A stretch of DNA of 64,000 nt, taken from a virus. Taxonomy: Duplodnaviria; Caudoviricetes. The stretch covers positions 1 through 64,000 of IMG/VR virus record IMGVR_UViG_3300032038_000044, one strand, 5' to 3'. Below, in pieces: positions 25,091 to 34,908 of the stretch; the stretch's first letter is position 1; every line of letters starts with the position of its first letter. A program made the translations under genes and the position numbers. The notes beneath the pieces were generated by a model, which saw nothing but the letters and a program-made list of their open reading frames with translations, was not told where the DNA came from and made no database searches.

Positions 25091-25327
25091 CTATTCCTCT
25101 ACCACGACCGTGCAATCCACCATAGTAACTCTGTCATCAGCACAAAGATAACACAATGACTTATTTAAAAATGAAAATGCTGCATAAGTCTCTTTATTTG
25201 GTTCTGCTACCTTTAAGAATAAGCCTTCATCTTCATCATCTATAAAAAACATACACCCTACTGCTAGACTTCCAAAATTTGTCTGTTTATTTTTCTTTCT
25301 ATTATCTACTACTGTAACCATAATCAA
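25091..25327 (-). CDS. Hypothetical protein
   Basis: NFGSL.VG..F motif. Confidence 0.65.
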   Translation of the reverse strand: MIMVTVVDNRKKNKQTNFGSLAVGCMFFIDDEDEGLFLKVAEPNKETYAAFSFLNKSLCYLCADDRVTMVDCTVVVEE

Positions 25328-25339
25328 TCTCTCCTACTA

Positions 25340-25525
25340 TTAAAAAATAGAATCTTGTAATTTAAGAATGTATTTATCACCATCAGAATCAGCCTTATCT
25401 AAATAAAGACCTAAATCTTCATGTTGAAAAGTATGTGGATTAACAAAATCATACTTAATCTCTATTTCTTTATTATAATTATTTGTATCACTAATTATAC
25501 GCTGAGCTAATTCAATCGCTTTCAT
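25340..25525 (-). CDS. Hypothetical protein
   Basis: SD AAGGAG before MKAIELA. Confidence 0.65.
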   Translation of the reverse strand: MKAIELAQRIISDTNNYNKEIEIKYDFVNPHTFQHEDLGLYLDKADSDGDKYILKLQDSIF

Positions 25526-25701
25526 GTTTCTCCTTCTACATACTGTGAATAAGGGCATACCTTGTAATTCCAGCCACAACAAGCCAATGCCCTGAACTCT
25601 TCTTCAGTTAAATCCTCATTATCTCCGCATTGTTCCACACATTGTTCACCTATTAAATATCTGCAATTTTTTCTAATAGTTTCTTTTTTTAGTATGGTCA
25701 T
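25522..25701 (-). CDS. Small Cys-rich protein (59 aa; not in ORF track)
   Basis: C...C...C...CC...C pattern; SD AAGGAG; ATGA overlap. Confidence 0.6.
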   Translation of the reverse strand: MTILKKETIRKNCRYLIGEQCVEQCGDNEDLTEEEFRALACCGWNYKVCPYSQYVEGET

Positions 25702-25797
25702 AATTTATCACTCCTTTTTTTCTCTCTTATATATAAATTATATCAAATTTTTTTCAATAAATCAAAAAAAGACCTATCACCAAGATAGGTCTTATCA

Positions 25798-26715
25798 TTA
25801 TTCTCCTAATATAATATTCTTTGCTAACTTCATTGTAGTTGAACCACAAAACTTACCAAAATTTGGTATCATGGCTACAATTTCTGGCTCTTCCTTTAGA
25901 CAGTCATTGTAAAGTCTGTGCGGAAGGTCCCTAGCCACGATTGACATATCCTCAGGCGTCAATTCCGCAGGATAAACACCCTCGTCAATAGCCTTGCGAA
26001 TATTCTTTTCTACTCTTACTCTTGTTACAATAGTCTCAGTGAGCTTCTGAAGTCTTTCCTTTTCCGCCAATGCCTCAAGGTCAATTACCTTAGTCTTCAT
26101 AGTCTCCTTAAAGTCATCGTTGACAATCTTTAGGTATTTAGGCAGACGAATATTACCATCATTAAGCTTTGTCTGATTCTTAACAACGATACCCTCCTGT
26201 CTATCACCGTACATTGGTGAGTTCATGAAAGTCATACAATGCTCCCAAGAGATGAACTGACCTTCATAAAGCACATGAATATACTCAAGACCTGCCTTAT
26301 GTGCAAAAATCTTGACTGACTTCTGCGGAAGCCACTCTTCCTTCATTGTATCATAAATGTCATAGACATACCATCTCTTATAGAACTCCTTGTTGTAAAC
26401 AATCTTGTTCTTGTTACCCCACTCACCAAACACAATAAAGTTAGGATGCTTCTTAAACATATGTACTGCTGGCTCTGGTAATGTCATGATGAAATCATAG
26501 AATCCACCTAAGGTATTAGAAGGGTTAAGGTCCTGCTTTCTACTGCAAGCATGCATAGCCCCCGCTTCCGCATCCCAATAAGCTGATGCGTTAGAACCAT
26601 CCCACTTCTCTGTAATCTGGATTTCATCACCCACTTCAAAAGCACCGGTATTAGTCTTAACTAAACCGTTATCTCCTGACATTCTAATATGTTCAATATC
26701 AATAAAATGCTTCAT
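25798..26715 (-). CDS. ATP-dependent RNA ligase, Rnl2-like
   Basis: Motif I TEKWDGSNAS, FGEW, YVYDI, EGIVVK, KIV; helical C-terminal domain. Confidence 0.8.
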   Translation of the reverse strand: MKHFIDIEHIRMSGDNGLVKTNTGAFEVGDEIQITEKWDGSNASAYWDAEAGAMHACSRKQDLNPSNTLGGFYDFIMTLPEPAVHMFKKHPNFIVFGEWGNKNKIVYNKEFYKRWYVYDIYDTMKEEWLPQKSVKIFAHKAGLEYIHVLYEGQFISWEHCMTFMNSPMYGDRQEGIVVKNQTKLNDGNIRLPKYLKIVNDDFKETMKTKVIDLEALAEKERLQKLTETIVTRVRVEKNIRKAIDEGVYPAELTPEDMSIVARDLPHRLYNDCLKEEPEIVAMIPNFGKFCGSTTMKLAKNIILGE

Positions 26716-26838
26716 TATTCTTCCCTTTCTTTTCTTTATATATAAATTATATCAAAAATTTTATAAAAAATCAAAGAATGGTATATGTCAATACTATAAC
26801 GATTATTTGGATAATATGGATAATTGAATTAACCATAA

Positions 26839-27195
26839 TTAATGTACTCCATAAAATATTTCATCATCACCAATGGTGTAGTATATAGTGTTACCTTCTT
26901 TATCTATGATTTTAAGGCGGTCTTCACCTTCATAATGGATATTTCCGCTATATGAATGTATAAGATTGCCTTGCTTATCTGATATAGTTACAGATGTGTA
27001 TTCGTCTTGGCGGGCTTGTCTATTACCTTCTCGTATAACAGAATATACAAAAAGAATAAAGAAAATAGCCATAAAAACTCCAGCTATCTTTTGGACTTTT
27101 ACATTAGCACTATTCCCGCGTACACTATCACCACTAGCGCAACACTCAACAATAAAGCCTATAAATAAACCTAATATAGATATTAATATTAACAT
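26839..27195 (-). CDS. Membrane-anchored protein (2 TM plus small beta domain)
   Basis: Hydrophobic N-terminus; D..GN..YY tail. Confidence 0.7.
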   Translation of the reverse strand: MLILISILGLFIGFIVECCASGDSVRGNSANVKVQKIAGVFMAIFFILFVYSVIREGNRQARQDEYTSVTISDKQGNLIHSYSGNIHYEGEDRLKIIDKEGNTIYYTIGDDEIFYGVH

Positions 27196-27479
27196 TATTT
27201 TGTCTCCTTGATTATGTCTATGTAATAAGTTTTATTGGTTTCTGTATCTGTAAATTTGACGCGGTTTCCGCTACTCGTCATGACTACGGCGGTATAGGTA
27301 TTTTCTTTATCTCTCTCCTTGAAGTCCGCAATACCTAAAAAAACTATCATACCTACTAAAGATATGCAACAAGCGATTCCAGTAGTTTTCGCCATTTTAC
27401 TTGAGGTTGAGCATATGAATAAAGCAAAAAACACAAGGAAAAATATAAAACATATAAATGCAATACATTCTATAACCAT
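27195..27479 (-). CDS. Membrane-anchored protein
   Basis: Two TM segments then KTYY tail. Confidence 0.7.
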   Translation of the reverse strand: MVIECIAFICFIFFLVFFALFICSTSSKMAKTTGIACCISLVGMIVFLGIADFKERDKENTYTAVVMTSSGNRVKFTDTETNKTYYIDIIKETK

Positions 27480-27481
27480 AA

Positions 27482-27874
27482 TTACTTTACTCCTTTAACT
27501 ACGTTTTCGCCCTTATCAAAATAGTAATATACATCATTACCATTTGCATCTGTATAATGAATTCTATTATTTTCCGAATCTAAATATAAATCTTCACCTG
27601 AGAGTGAGTCTTTTAAAACACCCTTTTTATCATATACTTCTATTACTTTATAGGTATGGTTATATTCACTTACAGCAACAAAAGGTGCTAAAAATGTAAC
27701 TAATACACCAATTACGATGACCCCACCCGCAATTACTGTTACGATACGACTGAGAAAATTAAGAAATGCCGACATAGCGTCGTCCATACATTCTGCTATT
27801 TCAAGTAAACCGAATCCCGCACATAGAATAACAATACCTATCACAACTGCTAAAATAAAAATTAATACTGACAT
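27482..27874 (-). CDS. Membrane-anchored protein
   Basis: Two TM segments then DANGNDVYY tail. Confidence 0.7.
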   Translation of the reverse strand: MSVLIFILAVVIGIVILCAGFGLLEIAECMDDAMSAFLNFLSRIVTVIAGGVIVIGVLVTFLAPFVAVSEYNHTYKVIEVYDKKGVLKDSLSGEDLYLDSENNRIHYTDANGNDVYYYFDKGENVVKGVK

Positions 27875-28212
27875 TTTACTTTTTCACCTTTCTTTAATAC
27901 ATAATATTCGACATTCCCGCCCTCAAAAACTAACTTTACAGTATCCCCATCAACAGAATAAGAAGTTACATGATAGTTCTCTGTTACATCTTCTTTTTCT
28001 ATTGTTACTTTATAAGAGTCTGCCTTTGTATTATTTTCAACAATATAATGGAGTCCTTGGTTGACGAAAAATGAAGTTATTGCGGCACTGAGGACTATTA
28101 AAAATTTTCCTGCGAAACTGTCTATGTTTTCGTCAAAACCTAATGCAAAACATAAACCTACTACTATTGTGACAAGTCCAGGTATAAGTATATAAAGTAT
28201 TGTTCCCATCAC
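27862..28212 (-). CDS. Membrane-anchored protein
   Basis: Two TM segments then GGNVEYY tail. Confidence 0.7.
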   Translation of the reverse strand: MMGTILYILIPGLVTIVVGLCFALGFDENIDSFAGKFLIVLSAAITSFFVNQGLHYIVENNTKADSYKVTIEKEDVTENYHVTSYSVDGDTVKLVFEGGNVEYYVLKKGEKVKCQY

Positions 28213-28748
28213 TTCTCATCCTCCCAGTTCTTTACATCAATACAGTTTGCGGCGGCGACGGCTAATGCAGCCCTATGGTTGTCTGGGGTAGTCCCAGCCG
28301 TGGCGTCCGCATAAATAGTAATAGGTAAATGAGGGTACTGCGCACGAAGAATAAGGGCGTTACTGATGACGCAAATGTCTGTACACACGCCTACTATAAC
28401 GATACCATCACTCGGTTGAACAATATCAATATTAAAACTTCCAAAAGTTGCCTTTGGAATGAGTCTATGGCTTTTCGCAACTTCGGCGAGTTCGTCGACA
28501 ATTTGCCATCCCCATTCATGCATTACACAATGTGTTGGAATTCTCTTGCCCTCTTCCATATCTTTATAGAACTGCGGAACATGAGTATCGGCTGTAAAGA
28601 TAATACTCTGTCCTCTATTATGGAAATATTCAACTACATCTTTTACTACCGGAACGACCTTTCTGGTCTCATCTGTTGCAAGGAGAGCGTTAGGCTCCGG
28701 TCCCGCAAAATCATTCTGCATATCTATTACTATTAGTGTCTTATTCAT
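28209..28748 (-). CDS. pncA: Nicotinamidase/isochorismatase-family cysteine hydrolase
   Basis: IDMQNDF, DTH, HC, K, GVCTDICV. Confidence 0.8.
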   Translation of the reverse strand: MNKTLIVIDMQNDFAGPEPNALLATDETRKVVPVVKDVVEYFHNRGQSIIFTADTHVPQFYKDMEEGKRIPTHCVMHEWGWQIVDELAEVAKSHRLIPKATFGSFNIDIVQPSDGIVIVGVCTDICVISNALILRAQYPHLPITIYADATAGTTPDNHRAALAVAAANCIDVKNWEDEK

Positions 28749-29461
28749 TCGCGCCCTTTCTCCTTATAAAAATCTGGGTCTATTTTGTTTATTTCAGAAA
28801 CAATTTCTCTAGCTGTTCCCTTTTCGCATCCCCATTGTGTATGTAATGCAGTTACAGGGTCTAAATAAAAATGAATACCATTAGTACAAACATTAAATCT
28901 ATTAGAATCCCATAGATTTGCATATACATTATGTCCTACTGTATATTCTATATTTTGTCCTCTACTATGGAAACAATTGTGATAAATAGAATCATATTTT
29001 CCTATACCATATGTTTTATACTGCGATATTCTATAAATTGATATTACTTTAGCCTTTTCCGCCCTGCATTTCTCACAAACTCCATTATTTGCTCTTGGTG
29101 TTTCTGCATCAATCTGTAACTTAACTAAAAAGTCTAAATCATGAAACTCATTATAAAGTATTTTATATCCGTATATAACTTCATTCTGAGGACATTTTGA
29201 TGGAATAAGTTTATCTAAATATTCCTTTACTTCAGGATATTCTATTATTGTATCAAAGTCAATATGAATATCTTTTTTACAGCTTGATAAATCAAGATTA
29301 AAAGTACAGTTAGTGTATATATTGCCAGTTAAATAAACAAATGAAGGTTTATTTATTTCAAAATGACAATTATTAAAAATACAACATGTTATATCTACTC
29401 CTTCACCTGGTCTTGTAAGAGTTATTATTTCATCTTTAAATTCACAACCACAATAATTCAT
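28745..29461 (-). CDS. Pentapeptide-like repeat plus DUF5758-like protein
   Basis: NCTFN-type repeats; KCRAEKAKV; CTNGIHF; SD GGAGG before MNYC. Confidence 0.7.
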   Translation of the reverse strand: MNYCGCEFKDEIITLTRPGEGVDITCCIFNNCHFEINKPSFVYLTGNIYTNCTFNLDLSSCKKDIHIDFDTIIEYPEVKEYLDKLIPSKCPQNEVIYGYKILYNEFHDLDFLVKLQIDAETPRANNGVCEKCRAEKAKVISIYRISQYKTYGIGKYDSIYHNCFHSRGQNIEYTVGHNVYANLWDSNRFNVCTNGIHFYLDPVTALHTQWGCEKGTAREIVSEINKIDPDFYKEKGRE

Positions 29462-29474
29462 AAACTCACCTCCA

Positions 29475-29624
29475 TTACTCCCCGAGCGAAGCGAGGAAAC
29501 CGATACGTATTGCAACCTTGATAAACATAACCATAAGGTAGGTTTCTCCATCATTATAGATGAGTGATACTCCTAAACCTGCGTTCCCGCGGTTGAGATT
29601 GTTTACTTTTACTCCAAATTTCAT
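29475..29624 (-). CDS. Small hypothetical protein (49 aa)
   Basis: SD GAAAGGAG before MKFGVK, downstream of the promoter at 29694-29722. Confidence 0.55.
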   Translation of the reverse strand: MKFGVKVNNLNRGNAGLGVSLIYNDGETYLMVMFIKVAIRIGFLASLGE

Positions 29625-29789
29625 AAACTCGCTCCTTTCAGTCGCTCGTTGAGTGACTCTTTTACCTCTTTTTCTTATTTCTTTTATATATTTATTATAT
29701 AATAAATTTTTTTTAATTTCAAACTTTCCCGACCGAAGGGAGGAAACTACGTTGCTCATTGCGAGGTTGCGGGGAGGGTTGGTGATTTT

Positions 29790-30010
29790 GTCTGGTTTTT
29801 CATGATTTTTTGTTACATTTTCTTGAAGGGGAGATTGTAAAATTTATATAAAATTTTATTAATTTTTTATCTATTTTTTGTTGATATTTACATAACATTT
29901 TCTTGAGGTGGAGTCGAAATAGAGTTTTGTGCAAAGTGTATAAATTTTTGTTTAGAATTTAGTTAATTTTTAGTTATTTTTACATAACTTTTTATTGGGG
30001 TGGAGTGCGC
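29790..30010. repeat. Three degenerate ~85-90-bp T-rich tandem repeats
   Basis: TTACAT(AAC)..TTTTCTTGA.G.GGAG core near 29814, 29889 and 29980. Confidence 0.55.
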
Positions 30011-30404
30011 CTTCCTTAAGACCCCTTATATCGACCTACCCTAGCCCAGAATTACGTCACGGTTCGGCTCGGATTCCTAATGTCGCCAGTCTCTTCCTAC
30101 GAGCGTAGCGAGTGGTAGAGACGGAGACACAAAGCGGAAACGCTTGCGTTTTCGCGCCCTAGTCACGCATAGTAATCACTTGAAATTTATTAAAAATTAT
30201 GTTATAATTAAATGGGAGGCCTTTCTTAGCACGTAGAAATGTGACATTTTATTAACTGGGAGAGGAAAAATTTTTCCCGTGTTAATTAAAATAAGCACTT
30301 TTTAAAGCCAGGGTATATGAATTTTCTTAACACTTTCATACCAAGGGTGTAAATATCCCCTAGGAAGATTAGTTAGCCCCAGATCTAGATTAATATAGAC
30401 CCGG

Positions 30405-30620
30405 GTCCCGCAAGAAAAAGCAAGAGGGCAAATAGAAAACCCAAAGTAAAAAGTTGTAAAAAACTCAACTGGGTACGCAAGAAAAAAGTTGTAAATTTAT
30501 CAAACAGGTATAATATAAGCAGTTGAAAAAATTACAACTTTTTTCATGATTTCTCATGGAAAGAAAAATGCAATCTTTTTTTGTAACAAGAGGGAAAAAA
30601 TTGCATAAAAAGTTGGACAA
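30405..30620. repeat. Iteron-like AAAAGTTG(TAAA) repeats; putative replication origin
   Basis: AAAAAGTTGTAAA at 30448 and 30483, inverted TTACAACTTTT at 30532, AAAAAGTTGG at 30607. Confidence 0.5.
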
Positions 30621-30684
30621 TTTGCCTTTGCCCCCTATTACTAAAAATCATATTAAGTACAAAGTTCTATAAGGAGGAAAAAAT

Positions 30685-31374
30685 ATGAAAGAACTAAAAT
30701 TAGGTAAAGTAAGTTTAAAAGAACTTGCAGAGTGGTTTGGTAAAGGCTATAGCGCAATCGTTCATAATAAAGAAGAATATTATAAAAAACTAGAAACATA
30801 TTGTGATTTTGAAATTTTACCATCCGGAAAAGTTAATATTACAGCAATTCGTACCCCTACATTCTCAGGTAGCGGGAATAAGCAAATTATAAAAGATAAT
30901 TTTGTGAAAGAGTGGAATGATAATGGTTTAGACACTGCTAGAAATGTATCTGAGAAAATTTTTGATAATAATGAAGACGACTTAACTATTACCAGAAGTA
31001 CCGCATATACATACACATTACAAGCCCGCAACGAGCTTTATAATAAGCCATTCTGCGGAAGAGGGGAGAAAGGTTGCTGTGAGTACGTATGGTGTGTTGA
31101 CTTGGGAGAAGGGCAATTTAGAGAACTCAATGAGGATGAACAAAAGGTAAAAAATGACCTATTAAAGAAATATTTTGGCAACACAACAGAAAAGCAACTT
31201 ATGGTAGAAGCTATGGTAAAGGCAGGAGAGATTACCGAGGCAGAAGCATTTAGCGTTCTAAAAGAAATGACAGGGATGAATCAAGCAGGATTCTTTGGCT
31301 TCTTAAAAGAACTTAGTGCAACTCTACATTGTAGAGTAATAAAGGCTACTAAACTTATTAATTCAGCTTGGTGA
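30685..31374 (+). CDS. HTH DNA-binding protein, possible replication initiator
   Basis: Only plus-strand gene between 1 and 49.8 kb; SLKELAEWFG HTH-like N-terminus; SD AAGGAGG. Confidence 0.6.
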   Translation: MKELKLGKVSLKELAEWFGKGYSAIVHNKEEYYKKLETYCDFEILPSGKVNITAIRTPTFSGSGNKQIIKDNFVKEWNDNGLDTARNVSEKIFDNNEDDLTITRSTAYTYTLQARNELYNKPFCGRGEKGCCEYVWCVDLGEGQFRELNEDEQKVKNDLLKKYFGNTTEKQLMVEAMVKAGEITEAEAFSVLKEMTGMNQAGFFGFLKELSATLHCRVIKATKLINSAW

Positions 31375-31974
31375 GCGGGACAGGTCCGACACCAAGCTTA
31401 TAGTATACCATAGCGCCGCTTCCGCTCTTTCTTCTTTTCCTCTTGTTGAAACTCCGGACCGAGACAAACATCGACGGAGACATGCCGTTTTGTCCTTTCT
31501 GAATATGGTTTTTCTTTATAAACAGACGATTCTTCTCCTAATTCTTATTTCATTTCTCTCTTGTTTAGAACCTAGTAGATTTAAGAGGAGATTGAAAAAT
31601 GCCTCCCGTTCTATTATATCATATATTTTTTTATTTGTCAAGTAAGAATCTTACACCTACCCCTGGTCAAACAACTGGGCGGGATTGGCGTATATAGGGG
31701 TCCTTAGGAACCCGGTGAACTGCTGACGTAGGCTAATTCCGGGAAAATATAGGTAAAAGGGCGACAAACAACTAGGTGAAAAATGCGTATATAGGCTAGG
31801 TTGGGGAGGGAATGGGGGCTGAACCGATGGTTTACGCCCCGCCCAGCACATTTTAGGAACATAAAACCACAATTTTTGTGCAAATTTCACAAAAAAATAA
31901 TCCTAAAGTGCTAAAAATAACGAAAATACTGGCAGTTTTGCACAAAAACTGCCAGCCAGACGCAAAAAAGAGGT

Positions 31975-32313
31975 CTATTCAACCTCTTTTCCACCAAATT
32001 TCTCTACAAAATCCTGAAAACTGTTATAATCATAGTCATTTAGATAAAAATCTTCTAACTGGTTAAGTGTATAGTCTGTCTCAAAATAGTAAGCATAATA
32101 CCCGCCATTCTCATAAGCAGACTCCTCATCTTCGTCTATACACTCATAGCTCTCGATAAGACCCCATATAAGGTCGCCGCCAATATCTCGCGCAATCGCT
32201 GCAAAGCGGTCTGTAGGTTCATCTGGTTCAAGCTCTATAAACGTATAGTCATTGATACCATGTAGCCCCTGATAGTTACCCTCACAAGCTACTACAAACA
32301 AAATCTTATTCAT
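31975..32313 (-). CDS. Acidic hypothetical protein
   Basis: SD AGGAG. Confidence 0.7.
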   Translation of the reverse strand: MNKILFVVACEGNYQGLHGINDYTFIELEPDEPTDRFAAIARDIGGDLIWGLIESYECIDEDEESAYENGGYYAYYFETDYTLNQLEDFYLNDYDYNSFQDFVEKFGGKEVE

Positions 32314-32323
32314 ATCTTTTCTC

Positions 32324-32638
32324 CTAATCTAATTTCCTTATATTATCATATACCTCGTAATACTGGCGGAAGTCCTCGGTATAGAGTTCCAGCTCTTCCT
32401 CGGTGGGCTTGTCTGTTTGCGATACCCACACAAACCAGCCAGCATCTCTGGCAAGTCTGCGCTCCTTTTCTGACCTCGTATAATTCTTGATAAGGTCAGC
32501 CACTGTCATTATGCGCATGTCCGCATATCCGTACGTATCATAGATGAACCGCCATTCGCGCCAGTCCTTGTGTGTGCGCTTGAATCTATATGCTATTTTC
32601 TTCCACACCTTTCTCTTAGGTGTTTTACAACCGAACAT
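32324..32638 (-). CDS. Hypothetical protein
   Basis: SD AAGGAG. Confidence 0.7.
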   Translation of the reverse strand: MFGCKTPKRKVWKKIAYRFKRTHKDWREWRFIYDTYGYADMRIMTVADLIKNYTRSEKERRLARDAGWFVWVSQTDKPTEEELELYTEDFRQYYEVYDNIRKLD

Positions 32639-32663
32639 ATATTCTCCTTTTATAGGGGGCGCA

Positions 32664-33029
32664 TTACTTTGCGCCCTTAGCCTTTGGTGGTCTGTGCTTT
32701 GTCAACTTGAGTGTGTACTCTGTTGTACCTTGCTTAAATGATACCTCAACCTCGTTCTTAACTGATATATCCGTGACATCAGAGAACTGACCGAGGGTTT
32801 CCGCCATCTTCTCAATGAGAACTTTCTTCTCTTCGTCTATCTTGCGGACTACATTTCTTTTCTTCTTTTCTGTTGTTGCCTGAACATAGGTTTTAATCTC
32901 TGTCGCGCCCTGTTCCATCTTTGCCATCTCTAAGGCTTCTTCCCTAGTGACTGGCTCTCCATCCTCTTCACATTCTTTCATAATCTGTGTAACGAGAACT
33001 TCAATATCGACTTCTTTCTTCTTTGCCAT
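32664..33029 (-). CDS. Hypothetical protein
   Basis: ORF followed by hairpin GGGCGCA/TGCGCCC. Confidence 0.75.
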   Translation of the reverse strand: MAKKKEVDIEVLVTQIMKECEEDGEPVTREEALEMAKMEQGATEIKTYVQATTEKKKRNVVRKIDEEKKVLIEKMAETLGQFSDVTDISVKNEVEVSFKQGTTEYTLKLTKHRPPKAKGAK

Positions 33030-33139
33030 ATCCTATTTCCTTTCTTTTTTTATTTTCTAAAAATATTTTATCATATTTTCAAAAAATTTTCAATAGTAAA
33101 ATTGCACAAAAATTTTTTAATTTTTTGGTTGGGGAAGAT

Positions 33140-33862
33140 TTAATCTTCCCACAACAGTTTACGCATCTTCTTATGCTGACGATAGCAATATGCCATAATT
33201 TCCTTTTCTATCATTACATCTTCAAGCCCAGTATGAGCCTCTGTGAAGTCATTATCTCCACTAATGAAACGATATAGAATCTCTGCGGTGAATCTAGGCT
33301 TACCAGTCTTAGTTGCATATCCATTATCCTGGCAGAATCTGATATATGTAGGCATCTTACCCACAACATCCTTAGCCATCTTGAGCGTATCGCAAATCTT
33401 GATATTAGGGTTGAAGAAGTAGCGATACTTTGACTTTGTAAGCCATCTCTGGGTATTCTGAACTGTGCCATAATCAAATCGTGCATTGTGAGCATATATC
33501 TCCTCTACACCATACTTGGCAATAACTTCATTGAAGATTACCCAAATATTGTAAAATGATGTTAAAGTTCTACGACCTGCCTTAATATCTTCCCAATACA
33601 TAGGAACTTTACTTGCGTAGTATGCGGACTTCATTAATTCCTTTTCATTACAGAATATATCAGCATTAACAAATGAAAATGCTTCATATACGTTACCACG
33701 CTTATCAACTACTGCAAATCCAAAGTCGTATGTAAACATATTCCACGGACTTACCTCTGTTAAACCTCTATCGAGTGGACAAGTTTCTGTATCAAATACA
33801 ATCTTATATGAGATACGGTGGTCTATCCAACCATTGTGATGTTTGTTTTCAATTTTCTTCAT
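33140..33862 (-). CDS. DEDDh 3'-5' exonuclease (DnaQ-like)
   Basis: FDTET, AHNARFD, HTGLED. Confidence 0.88.
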   Translation of the reverse strand: MKKIENKHHNGWIDHRISYKIVFDTETCPLDRGLTEVSPWNMFTYDFGFAVVDKRGNVYEAFSFVNADIFCNEKELMKSAYYASKVPMYWEDIKAGRRTLTSFYNIWVIFNEVIAKYGVEEIYAHNARFDYGTVQNTQRWLTKSKYRYFFNPNIKICDTLKMAKDVVGKMPTYIRFCQDNGYATKTGKPRFTAEILYRFISGDNDFTEAHTGLEDVMIEKEIMAYCYRQHKKMRKLLWED

Positions 33863-34020
33863 TTCTTTTTTCTTATTCCTTTCTTTCTTTATATACTTAT
33901 TATAGCATATCTTGGAACTCTTGTCAACAACTTTTTTATTTCTTTTTTTTTGTTGTCCGTTCCTTTGTTTTCTATATTAGTATTGTACCATACTAGGTGA
34001 GGTTTGTATAGTAGGCAATT

Positions 34021-34135
34021 TGCACAAAATTTAGGGAAAATGGTTGAAAATTTTTGTGCATAATTGCCTCTTGACAAAATCCCAAGACTATGTTATAATG
34101 GAAAATACTCGCCTTTTTGTGTGCAAAACGGCGAG
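34021..34135 (+). promoter_or_regulatory. Intergenic cassette copy 1 (palindrome, antisense promoter, GC hairpin)
   Basis: TGCACAA 34021, TTGTGCA 34054, TTGACA 34071, TATAAT 34094, stem CTCGCC/GGCGAG. Confidence 0.8.
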
Positions 34136-34158
34136 GGCAGTATAACCCTCGCCCGTCA

Positions 34159-34452
34159 TTATCTAATCACGCTCCATTTTATAGGCTCTTCAATCTCAAT
34201 TTTTACATCAAAGACTACATTATACATACCATGATAACAATCATGTATTATATCCAAATCTTCTAAAACTTCTTCATCTGCTTCATTACATACTGTATAG
34301 ACATTATTATCTGATGTATTCAAATAACAATTATCAGTAATTTTTAAACATAAAGTATCAGGCTTATCATCCCAGACAAAGAAGCCACAATCTAGCTCAT
34401 AAAAAGCTTTTCTTTCAATTTTATTATCCTTTTTCTGTTCAAAATTTAACAT
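34159..34452 (-). CDS. Hypothetical protein
   Basis: SD AAGGAG. Confidence 0.7.
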   Translation of the reverse strand: MLNFEQKKDNKIERKAFYELDCGFFVWDDKPDTLCLKITDNCYLNTSDNNVYTVCNEADEEVLEDLDIIHDCYHGMYNVVFDVKIEIEEPIKWSVIR

Positions 34453-34464
34453 ATATTATCTCCT

Positions 34465-34908
34465 TTATTTCTGCTCAATTATATCCATAGGGTCTCTTTC
34501 ATCTAGAGATAGATGAATATTACCATCATAATCTCTTTTAAGATGGAAGTAACCTACTTCATCACACCCATTAGTCATCATAAGTGACTGTAAGTCGTTC
34601 TCAATTATCATCAATCTAACTGTTTTACCAATGCCATAGGCATATCCACATTCCCAGGCAGTACCTGTGTCTCCATATAGACCATGGCTAATAACCCAGA
34701 CCTCATCAGCTCGTTGTATATCTTCCACATCGTGCTGAAAGACCTTTAGCCCCCATTCCGCATTTGGCATATCCATTCCGCAGTCAACTTCAAAGTCCAT
34801 TGGGAATATAGGTGTAATATCCTCACGGGCGTCAAGTTCTGCTCTAAGGGTCTTTAGAATATCTCTTTCCGTATCATTGAAGAATGGACTAGCAATATAT
34901 ACTACCAT
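34465..34908 (-). CDS. Nucleoside 2-deoxyribosyltransferase-family protein
   Basis: VYIASPFFN, DV.DI..AD.V, DTGTAWECGYAYG. Confidence 0.88.
   Translation of the reverse strand: MVVYIASPFFNDTERDILKTLRAELDAREDITPIFPMDFEVDCGMDMPNAEWGLKVFQHDVEDIQRADEVWVISHGLYGDTGTAWECGYAYGIGKTVRLMIIENDLQSLMMTNGCDEVGYFHLKRDYDGNIHLSLDERDPMDIIEQK

Larger units (their letters stand above)
2010..29722 (-). promoter_or_regulatory. Recurrent minus-strand SigA-type promoters in the tRNA and accessory regions
   Basis: TTGA(A/T/C)N(N)-17-TATAAT with T-rich spacer seen near 2010, 2541, 2692, 5059, 7021, 7900, 9133, 13114, 13772, 14905, 16188, 16798, 21814, 23069, 25737, 26746 and 29694 (positions approximate). Confidence 0.75.

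Noticed and set aside
29484-29495. GAGCGAAGCGAG stable-hairpin motif as part of the origin
   Set aside because: Lies inside the 3' end of a small SD-led ORF (29475-29624), so it may be coincidental
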